DNA of 64,000 nucleotides. Source: Raillietiella orientalis. Its lineage: Eukaryota. The DNA lies in assembly GCA_036172245.1 (NCBI GenBank), contig JAYWIR010000004.1:5456001-5520000 (forward strand). Reading direction: 5' to 3'. The translations under genes and the position numbers were made by a program. Every line of letters starts with the position of its first letter. Positions within the stretch are counted from its first letter, which is position 1. Positions 40,872 through 51,600 of the stretch are shown piece by piece. The notes beneath the pieces were generated by a model. That model searched no databases, was not told the origin of the DNA, and saw nothing but the letters and a program-made list of their open reading frames with translations.

Positions 40872-43800
40872 TACTAGACGATGACCTACAGGGGGGAAAT
40901 TGCGGCAATGATGACCTTCTAAGTAAGCGTGGCAGCGATGCGCTGAGACTGCAACAAGCGGTCTTCTTTCATTGCCATTTAAAGATGCGATAATGACTCC
41001 GTTACAGCGATGCTGCAGTAGCGTTACGGTGGATGCTGCAATTAGGAGATTGCTCATCTAAACGGATGATCACGCGAAGAAGCCTGATGCGACAGTGTTT
41101 GAAGAAACGGATGTCCGGAACTAGATATTTCAATTCCAGTTTTTCGGATCAGATCCACCTTACTCAGCAGCCATTCTATCGCGACCGCTCGCCGATCCAA
41201 GTGCCAAAGAGGGCGAGGGCATCTTTTCCATATATCTTCGTTCAGAAACGGCATGGCTTCAACCGAAACTAAGCGTCTTCGTATCCTCTAGGAACTTGCA
41301 TGCCCAAGTTCCTAGAGGATACGAAGGCACGCCTGCCTCGTTCTGAGGCACTCACTCTGTAGGAATCTTCATCATGCAGCGAAACAAATTCGCAAGATTC
41401 GAGGCACAAAGAGGTGCTTATTTGTTTCGGTTTTGGTCCACAATGGGAGGGAATAAGCGCTGCATCTGCTTCCATCCCCACCGAGGAGCGAACTCTGAGA
41501 GGTCCGGGAGAGAGCCGTTGCGCTAAACGGCGAATTGATGGGAAGGAGCAGCCTGAATTTTTGTCATAGGGAGCAGCTGATCATCGCTGCTGATGGCAGG
41601 AGGGAACGATAAGGGAAGATCCCCTATTTCCGTCGTGAAGAGCCCGACGAGTTCCATGTGCGGAAACATTCCCGGTCAGCGATCATCCCCTCCTGAACGA
41701 AATTCACAGCAACCGCGCCTGCCTGTCTTCTTTGATGCAGAGACCCCAGTCTCAACTGACGAAGATCTCTCCGGATCGTCGCGAATAGGCACCGAGGAAT
41801 TACCTGGCGGTACTGAATTCCCACGTCCGTTTTAAAGAGGAATCCCAGAAGGAGAGGCCGCATTTCATCTGAGGATCAGGAGTTGCGTTCCGAGCAGCTG
41901 CATCCGAATGACGCCCGCAAGGATAGAGGCGGGCTGTCCGTGCGGCAGACGCGCGGCGCGGGATGAGGCGCTGCGGCGCGCCCCTGTCACGGCGTGCAGC
42001 ACGCGCCAGTCTCTCCGTCAGGAGACGCGCGACGACCTGGCGGAGAGGCGGCCCAGGAACAAAGAGGGCTGGGGCAGCCTGCAGCCGGGCAGTGTCAGGC
42101 TCGACCGCAGCCTCCCACCCGGCGCTACTGCTCCTGAAGAAGAACCTCACCGCCCTCTGCGGTGCCTTCGAAGAATGGGTTCGAGGGGGCGCTCGAGAAG
42201 GGGAGGGCCGGAGCTCCCCCTTCTCTCCGGGAGAGAGCAGGGTAGCGTCCCTGGGACCGACACGGGCCCCACGGAGAATCGAGAGGTCCTTCGCCCTCAC
42301 GAGAGCCTCCCAGAAGGCGGCACATCCTGGGCGCGCCCCCTGGGTCGCTGGCCGGCCAGAGGGGGTGGGACGGGGAGAGAAACTGGATCCGAAATCTGCA
42401 ACGGTGGGCAGCCCCGCTGTGGCTAGGACTCGGACGACACTGTCCTCCAGGACAAAGGGAATCTTGGGGAATGCTGGAGCCTTCTACGGAGTCGGCTGGT
42501 GCGGGCCTGAATTGCTCCGCCCGCTCCGAGGAGGGATTCCGGCAGGAGGGGTCACATCTCTGCGGCCCCTCCTGCTGGAAGGGCACCGGAGCACGCCACA
42601 TCCTCTCGAGGACCAGCGGCGTCCGAGAGGGATGCGGTGGGGTTCGTCGAGGGGGAGGGAATTCGCCCAGAATCCTTCGCAGGACCCTCACAACAGCCCC
42701 TCTTTTTTCTGCGCGGAAACGGCTCCGAGAAAACCTTCGGGAAGGACGAATCTCATCAGAAACGTATCAACTAGGGGAGAGAGAATTCCCGACCGACCCC
42801 CTCATCTCGTTCCTTAGCAGGAACGGGATGAGGGGGAGCGCAGCGTGCTCGTCCATGGAACTTGCAGCCCTTCGGGAAAGCCCTTTGGCGGGACAAAGGA
42901 GGCAGCTGCCAGCTATCAGGGACTCTTCGCCCCGACTACAGGGACTCCGCGCTAGGACACAGAGCCAGGCGGGCGCGTGGCAGCATCACCGCTCCGATCC
43001 AGCGCGCCGCCGCCTCTCCCGCCGGACGCTCGTGGGCGCGCGCAAGAAAATCGGATTCCTGCGACCCTTGGGGACCCTCTGGTGGGAGGTGGGAACCTCG
43101 AGCAAACGGATTTTCCCGAAGGGCGTTTCTTGTTTTCGCTGCTCCGCTCTCCCCTTCGTCCATTCCGCTCGGGGAAGGAGGGGCGGCAAATCGCAGAGCA
43201 AACAGCCCAACGCCCGCCAGCGAGTGGGCTCGCCAAGGAAGGGGATCGCGGAGGCATGCGGGCTGGGGACACGACCCATTCTTCGCTTCCGCTGAGAGGG
43301 ACGGGGGGGGCGGAACTGGAAGGGAGTGGCGGCGGCGGCGGCGGCACGGGAAACGAGCCAGAGACCTCATCGGGAGACCCGTGGTCACCTACTCCTCCCT
43401 CGTCTGCCTGCCTCACGCGGTCCCCGTAGCCGCCCCCTCGGCGCCTCCCCCTCCCTTCCCACCCTTAAAAAAAAAATAATATGGAAGAAAACGAAAAAAG
43501 AGGATGCGCGCGGCGGCTCCTGGGCGATTGTGGATCGTGCGGTGCCTTCCCCAGACTGGAGCTGCTGATTCCGAAACAGCTATCTTTGGATCCTGAATGC
43601 CAATGAGGACACCACAGGGTTGGGTTGGACGCAGATGGGGCGGTGAAAGTCGGATTGCTCTTTTGTGCCACCCTTGCGGCGGGAACCGCGCGAGCAGTGG
43701 ACCCTAAGAGGGAAGGCAGGAGCTCTCACCTTGCCGGAGTGCAGATCAGGACGCTCCTCCGTTGGTCAGCTTCCCACCCGTCCTCCTTCTATCTTCACTG

Positions 43801-44179
43801 GCTCCGCACGTCAGAAAGGTGCGAGGGAGCGGCTGCTTTCGGAGAGGCGCAACCATCGTTGCACTCCTTCGCGGCCGAGCTCAAAGGCGGCGGCGGCGGC
43901 GGCGGCACGGAGAGACGCCGTGGGCATCCCTCCGTCCATCTGCCTGAAAGCAGGGCCGGCTCCCCGTCTCGCAGAGGCGGCAGAGTCCTTCCGCCCCTTC
44001 GCCAACCGCCGCACCCACCCCGGGAGCAGCGCCGGGGAAACGGTGCCCTGCAGCCTGACGGGAAGGAACGGCCCCTCCTGCTCCCTTCTTAAAGGAAGGC
44101 TGGAGCCAGAGATTGCCTCACCGCTTGGGATGAGGCTCTGCGGCACGTCCCCGTCACGGAACGCGCTGGTCTCGCCGCC

Positions 44180-44956
44180 GTGGGGGGTCGTTCCTTTAGC
44201 TGGCTCGAACTCCCCTCGCCTCTGCCCGAGACACCGAGAAAAAACCGTTTCTCTGAGCATTCACCAGATACACCCTCCCTCCTTCCTCCCAGAGATTTTC
44301 CACGTGGACTGCGGAGGAGGAGGCACAAAACGAGCGGCGGACCCGAGAGTGGTCCCAGGAGCAACGGTGCCGTCCTGGAACTGAGCAGTCACCTTCTTCC
44401 TCCCTACCATCACGGGATTTGGAGGAGTCCGAAGTGTGCCAGGTGCGAGGAACGCGAATTCCTTCCGCTCCTGCTTGTGGATTGTGTTGCCCTCCAGCCC
44501 CTCCTGGGAACGTTTTGCCGCTACCCTCGGAACCCCCGGCGGCAATCCCAGGGACGCTTCAAGACTCCTCGTACGCGACGCCCTTCAGGCCCGCAGTCTC
44601 GTCAGGAGCTCTCTCTGCTGCCTGAGCGGGATTGTAGAGGCCTGGAACGACGCAGGGGGTTCCACGTTCACTCTGCCCTCCGCTTCACAAGGATGGCAAC
44701 AAGATAATATATCCACCTGAATAATATGCGAAGTGAACTTGACTTGCCAGCATCCTGGAAAGGATGCAGAGGACTGCCTCCAGAAGACTGTGATCCCTTC
44801 CCGTACCTCCCCAGTTTATTATTTTTTCATTTTTGTTTCTTTTTGCTTTGCCCTTTCTCCTCCGCTGCCGAGGCGAACCCCACAAGCAATTCGGCAGGCT
44901 CCTTTGGAAATGTACGTGGTTGGACCACCGATCCAACCACACAGATTGTAAATGTT

Positions 44957-44987
<31 letters not shown>

Positions 44988-44990
44988 AAC
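44180..44990 (+). mobile_element. L1/Tx1-like LINE 3' end relic ending in (TA)n and AATAAA
   Basis: SPKCARCEEREFLPLLLVDC (44435-44485) aligns by eye with SPDCSLCEGKEMLPHALSDC of the 35.2 kb copy. It ends in TTGTAAATGTTTA(TA)n-AAATAAAC at ~44947-44990. Confidence 0.5.
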
Positions 44991-47900
44991 GCTTCAGCGC
45001 ACCCGGGTGAAAATCCGTGCAGCGATGACCAGACAGACAGAGACCTTGGTCTCTAAGACACAGCTGGAAGATGGCTGCTAGATCTGCAGGACCGGCTACA
45101 GGACCCGGGGAATCATCCCTCTGCAGGAGAATTTCTGCAGGACTTGCCAAGGAAGGAATCCCAGGAGGGCATGCGGGAGGGAATGACCCACCCTTCGCGC
45201 CCGCCCAGAGGGATAAGGGAGCGCGGAATTCCTGCAAGGGTGCACGCACACTCCGGGGAGTCGGAAGACGCGCATTTTTTTTTTTTTTTTGATGGGGGAG
45301 GAGGAAGGGGGGGTTGCAGTGAAGTACGCATCGTCTTTGCACCCCGGGAAAGAATTTTCTTCCGAGGAACGCTCGAGAGGTCTTTCAATGAAAACATCAT
45401 CTTCTACGCAGTCTGCATGACCGTCCGCAGGGCTGCTGAAGGAAGGTCTGTAGCTCCGCAGAAGAACCTTTCGTCCGCGTCTCGCCTTGGGGATGTAGTG
45501 GTGACCCCGGACTTCGACTTGTCCTGCGAGTCAAAGCTCCAGAGGCGCTGACCGCCATTCTTCTGCAGAGGAACCAAACCGGCTCGTCCTGTTGGAAAAG
45601 AGAGTGCTCGAGGGTCTCAAACGGGGGGGGCTGCCTCCTCCGTCACGACAACTGCCCCTCCCCTTCGTGCGAGGTCCGAGGGCGGAAGTAGATCCGGTGA
45701 CGGTGGCGGGGCCTCCAGAGTGCCGGGAGAGAACCATCGCAGAGCGAGAAAACTCCGGTCACCTCGGGAACCGGCTGCTCAGCCTCGAGGGAGCTCGCGG
45801 GAGCTCGCAGCGAACCGGCACCACCACCCACACCGACAAGCAGGCGGCGACCACGCTGACCGGAGACTGCCGAGAAGGCCGAACGAAAGTCGCCGCTGGT
45901 TCCGGGACGATCCGCGCGCACCCACCCGCTGGTCGCATGACACCTGTGACCCCTTTGCTTGCAGCCGAGAAGGAAGCAATCGCGGAGCTGCCCCGCAGAT
46001 GCAGCAGCAGTGCCTTCTGGAGCTCATCGTCTCTGGCGAGCGTCCCTGCCCGCGACGCGGCAGCTTCCGGTACTGCGAGAGGGATGGGAAAGTGCGGGGA
46101 GCCGCGGCCGCCGCCGTGCCGGGGAGGAACGCGCACGCGCGGGATGGCCGACCGGGAATTTGATTCACCCGACTGGCTTCCCAAAGGACCAATCGGACAG
46201 CGGGCGTCCCTTCCTGGATGGATGCGAGGAAGCAACCAGCGCAAGTCTCCCGCGCGCGATACGTCCGCTTCGGGATTTTCTTCACTTGCTCCCCCTCCCG
46301 CTCCCTCTTCATCCCGGCTGGCGGTGCTTTTTCCCGCCTCCCAGGCTGCTCTGAAGACGGAAAGCCGCGCTCCGTTTCGCTTCCCTCTCCTCCTTTCGAG
46401 TCCGGTGATCGTCGGGCGCCGCTCGTTCCAAGCGAGATGGAAGGCACCTGCTTCATCCCTACTCCTCCCTTCTTCCTTGAGGAGGAGACGGCGGAGCCAC
46501 GAACGTGGGAGCGTCCCAAGCAGCAGTGGCGGCTGGTGCGAGGTAGCAGAAACGCTTCACTCCCGTATCCCAACTCTCCGTCGCCGCTTTCCAGTCGCTA
46601 AGGAGACCTAAAATGCTCAGTTCCCTGAGCCACATTCAACCTCAGTCTTTCCCAGACCACACAGCCCGGGAGGAGGAGAACAACGGGAACCCCTTTCCCT
46701 CTCTCCCTTCAGTCCGCATCCTCCCCGCTGCGAATCCGGAGTGCTGGTGAAGAAGGGGGGGAGCAGGAAGCACAGCACGCTTCATCCATCCGCTCTCCCT
46801 TCCTCCGCTGGAACGGGAGACTGCCCGTGCTCTTCGGAGAAGAGGCCGAGGCTCAGCTTGTTGGGAGAGCCGCCTCGTTGTCTGAGAATGACTTCACGCG
46901 GCAGACTTCACGCCGAGGGCGAAAGTGGGGAGGGGGGAGCGACAGGGCTCCCGAGCTGCGCCGCGAAGGCCGATGGCGGATCCCGACTGAAGGTGAGCAG
47001 CAGTGGAAGCAGCAGCGAGGTCTTGCGCATATCCCCATCGGGGACGACCACCTGCGGCTCCGACAAAGGTCGCGTCCGCGCCCCGCTGCTCCATCCCGCT
47101 CGTAACGCTTGAGAAGGGAAAGGAAGGGGGGGAGGCGGGGAGGGGAGAAGGGGAGCTTCTCACCCGCCGCTGCTGAGACTCACATCCCGTCCCCTTCCTC
47201 CCTCCTGGAATAGCAGGAAGTCCATGGGGTCATGTGGGAGTCACCGCCAACTCCCGCCGCGTGATCGTGCGCAGAGGGAGAAGGGAAGAGAGGAGAGCGA
47301 GGTGGGAACTGCCGCCGTACGAGTGCCTCGGGAAAAGGTGCTGCTGTCAGCGAGGAGGGAAGGGAAGCAGGCTGCTTTCTGCCCCGTGTCTCTTCGGCAC
47401 CCTGTTACCTAGTTTTCTCTAGGCTCCACCCCGCCTCTCTGGTCTGCAAGCTGGGAAGACAGCGGCGGAGACAACATCAGCAGTTCCAGCCCATTCATCC
47501 TTCGACTCTCCCCCTCGCGTGTTCTTCGCTCTTGACGTTTGCTGCAAGAAAGATGGAAAGAAAAGGACGAAAAAGATACGGCGCGCTAGGCGAAGTCACC
47601 ACTAGCAGCATCTGTAACAGTGGCAGCTCCTCTGTTGGCGTGGCGGGGACAGTGGCCGGAGGTGTTCGACACAAGAGGAGAAAGGGGGAAGGAAAAAGTA
47701 CTCCCCTTTTCCGGGAGTGTTTCCTGCTAGGTCAGGGAAAACAAAACAGTTTCACCTTTTCGAGTCCCTCAGTCAAGATAGACAAGAAGATGACTCCACT
47801 TTTTGTCCTCGCCCTTCCTTCGGAAAGCCATTTGGTTTCCGCTGCCGCCCAGAGATCTCTGGGTCGACAGAACCTCAGCAGACGGACGCTCCCAGAAGTG

Positions 47901-48199
47901 GCACTTCGCCCCCGCCGTCGCTTTCCCAAGGACGGCCCTTCCAATGTCTCGGTGTGGAACCGGAGCCGGAAGAAAGAGAGTCGGGAGCTTGCACCGGGGC
48001 CAATCAAACAAAGTGTATCCCAAATAAAAAAAAAGAAAATCCCTCTCTTTTCAGTTCCCCCGCCTATTCTCTTCGCCTCGGCATGCGGCTCATGCACCTC
48101 AAAAGAATGGTCTTTGCATATGTCCGCTGTCCTACTGGACGCAGCATAGAGCTTGGCCAGATAGGGAGGTGAAAATGTCCTCCTGAGGCGGTTGGCATT

Positions 48200-48256
48200 A
48201 CTGTATCTTCACCATCACTTTTTCGTACTTTCGAAAAAGCCCCAATGGTAAAATAG
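48200..48256 (+). pseudogene. coxA: 3' end of a bacterial cytochrome c oxidase subunit I gene (coxA/ctaD), Wolbachia-like
   Basis: [18 protein letters not shown] matches the alphaproteobacterial CoxA C-terminus (W)TxSSPPPFHTFE. The stop lies 1 nt before the ctaB ATG, as expected in a bacterial operon. Confidence 0.75.
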
Positions 48257-48257
48257 A

Positions 48258-48631
48258 ATGTACACAAGTGCCTTGTTAAATGTTGAATCAACAATACTGG
48301 ATTTTTGGAATTTGCTGAAGCCAAGAATAATGTACCTTGTGGTATTTACTGCGGTTGCTGGAATGGTTCTGCACCAGGTAGTATTCGTCCTTATCTCGCG
48401 CTATCTCTTATATGTGTTGCTCTTGGTTCAGGATCCGCAGGTGCCATAAACATGTGGTATGATGAGGACATAGATCTTCTCATGAAAAGAACAAAAGATT
48501 GTCCTATACCCTGAGATAGAGTCTCCGCAGAAAGTGCGCTTGAATTTGGTATAACCCTTGGGGTATTGTCGGTATTTATTATGCCAATAGCAGTAGACTA
48601 TATTTCCGCCACTCTGCTTGCAGTTAGCATT
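48258..48631 (+). pseudogene. ctaB: Truncated, frameshifted protoheme IX farnesyltransferase (ctaB/cyoE), Wolbachia-like nuclear insertion
   Basis: [37 protein letters not shown] [1-nt deletion ~48369] [86 protein letters not shown]. Carries the LLKPR and NxxxDxDID..MxRT..P UbiA-family motifs. No introns and no mitochondrial presequence. AT-rich inside a GC-rich region. Confidence 0.9.
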
Positions 48632-51600
48632 TCTGGATGAGACCAGCGGCCGCGAAGGAGGGGCCCGGCCCAAATGGAGGTTCTGTGGTGGTGAACGGGG
48701 AGCGAAGCTTGGAATAGGGTTCCTTTCCCTCCTTTTCCTCTTCCCCCTACCCTTCTCCCGAGAATCCAGGAACACGGCAGGAAGGATGAGGATGAGCAAT
48801 GCTGTTGGTGTCGCTCGTTCTGCTGCCCTTCCTACCTGCCCGTTTCGGAGAGTTCCCCAGAAGAGATCCGGCGGCGTAACGGAGGACGACGTGAAGACTA
48901 CGGTTCGTTGCCGCTCCATGGTCCCACGACGGCGGTCCCTGGGTGCTGCAGGCGTCCGGACGCTATCTGTGGCGAGGGTTGCGTACTTCGGCTGCGTCTT
49001 CAGGAAGGGATAGCTTTCCCGAGGCGCGAGACTGCATCCCCAGCCCGTCTTAGGCGGAAATACTCTGCGTGACCTCGCGGCATCGTTCGGAAAGGAAGAG
49101 AGTGTATCCTGAAGCGGATGGAGGGTGCTCACCAAGCGCTTCGGACACCAGACCCGGTTCAAACCTCTGATTTGCTCTCCTCCTTCAGCCAAGCCCTCCT
49201 GCCCATCCCAGAACAGCCTGAAGCTCCGCCCCTGAGCCCCGGTTAGGGAATCCCGTCAGGAAGCGATTTGGGTAGGGTAGAAGGAACCACCGTCTCTCTC
49301 ACCGTGGCAGAGGTACTCCTGTGCAAGGAACGAGACCAAGAGAGAGAAGGGACGAGGAAAGATTGCTTCGCGACCGGCAAATAGCGTCGGACGAGCGCAG
49401 ACGAGGAAGCCAGGACGAGTCTTCCGGCCGATGCGCGGGATCGATCGGCGAAAGCGCTCTGGAAGAAGGGGACGCGGCAAGGACACCGTCCGCTTGCCCA
49501 GGTTCCGTCACCAGCTAAGCAGTTGCCCGCAGGCCGGGAAAGGGGGAGAGGACGAAAGGAGGAGGGAGTAGGAGCCATGACGTCTGTTCCCAGAAGCGAG
49601 CGTCCTCTTCCCCTCTCTGTCTCTGCCAGGAAAAGCTCTTGCCCCCTATCCTCCGCGCCACACATGTACGCCACGCCCTCTCATGGCCACCTTTACCAAG
49701 CACGTCTATACAATCCGTTCACTGTTTGCCCCGCACACGGAGGAGGGTCCTCTGCGCATGGGCACCGAACCTACTCCGGTGCGAGGACCGGAGTATGTTC
49801 AAACGCTGCAACGCTCTTTCCTGGATCTTTTCGGAATGGAGTCGCAGGGAGAGTGTGGAAGTAAAGGGCTGGGGTGGAAAAGGAACCTTTCAGAGGAGAA
49901 CGAAGGAGATGATAAGGAATGGGATGGGTCCAAACGAGAACTTCCGTTTTCTCACCTCGGAAACGGATTCCCTACTTCCAGCCTCGCACCCCAATCCCCT
50001 CGGCTGCTCCCTCCCGCCCTCAGGAGATCCACCTTTGTTGCGGACGACAAAAAGGTCCAAGTTTCGCGTCTCTAAGTAACCAAGGGAGGGAAGAAGCAAA
50101 GTTGTGAAGAGCAGCAGCCGTCGGAGACAGGCATTTACGTCACGCGGACGCCTACTGCGCTGCAATCCGGAACGGCTCCTCGATATCGCCTGCATCCCGA
50201 AACCAGCGGATGGTTAGCAAGGCAACGTCGTGTGGAAAGTCCTGTTAGGTTCATCCTGTTTCGCGCCTTTGCTTCGTGCAGGAAACGAATACCTTACTTG
50301 TTCCCAAAGATGGCGGCGGTCCTCTTGCCCGCCCCCTCATTCCGGCCAGTAGACAGCAGCAGCTCGCAAAGACGACGAACGGCTTCCATGCGTTCTCCTC
50401 TTCCTTCGCTGAATGGAGAACACGAAAGCCTGGAACGCTAGCGGTTAGCTTGTTTGCAACAGGAATGCTGGAAGAGTGGGGAGAGAGCAACGTCCCCGTT
50501 CCCATTCCACGAGTGGTTTCCCTTTGTAAAGAGGAAGGGTAGGGGTGCTCTCGAAAGCTCTTTTTCCTTTCTCGTTTTGCAGCAAGCTCGCAGGGCAGCG
50601 ATGGGCTCCTAAAAGACACAATCGTTTGTGGTGCATGTGCCACCTCCCGGAAGCATGCTCGCAAAACATTCGGCCATCCGTTTTCATGGAGGTAAAGCAT
50701 CGCACAATAATCCGAGAGAAATGGCTTCCTGATGCCCAACTGATTGCACAAAACCGCTCCCTGATGCCTAATTACTTGGACAAACAAATTTCTTAATAAC
50801 GAATCAACGCCACGAAATTTCCCAGCGCACAAATTCAATAAATCAAAGAAATTCGATAAAAGGAATCCCTTGCGGATCACAAACTGGGATGCGCAAAATG
50901 GAGGGTTTTTTTTCGGGCCTAGGGAACGCGCGTCGTGATTCGCTCTCCAGCTCCAACAATGCTCGGCCCTCTGTTGGCGCCGTTTAAGATTTTCTAGCGG
51001 CGTGCACTTTCCGTGTAGCCATTCCAGTCCTTTGCGCGGTTCGCATGCAATGCGGAAAGAGGGCAGCGGTGACGAGGAAACGTAATTGCGGCGCAGAAGG
51101 ACACCCTTTCCCATTCTTCAATTTTAAAAGGATCCGCACCTTTCAGATGCAAGAAACAAGGCCGAAGCTAAAGTAAACACGGACGAATTTACACTACAGT
51201 GCAGTCTTGCGTGCTTCGAAAATTGTATTTGAAACGCACAGATGGTGCCATTGGTGGTGTTGAAAGCTCATCTTGTTTTTGTGACGGTTCATCAAGTGAG
51301 GCGATATTCATTTATTTATGGGGAAAGTAGTCCATACGCGTTGGTTGTCATTTAACCAAATGAAGAAGATAGTATGAAAATCTCGTGCATGCAGCTTCGG
51401 CGATTTCATTCGGTGAATCCTTCAGCAAGAGGAAAAAATTTCTATGGCTTCGATCATCAATGCTTCATCGCGAAAGATGCATACTGGAATTTAGCACACA
51501 TCTGGAACATGCTTATTAGTTTTCACCGCAACCACATTTCGGCATGGCACTACTCAACTCTCTATGGACAGATGAAACGCATTTTCTAGTAAGTACTCTC

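Noticed and set aside
48258..48631. Interpretation as host COX10 exon or NUMT
   Set aside because: Directly abuts a CoxA C-terminus in bacterial operon arrangement and lacks a presequence and introns. Animal mtDNA does not encode ctaB.
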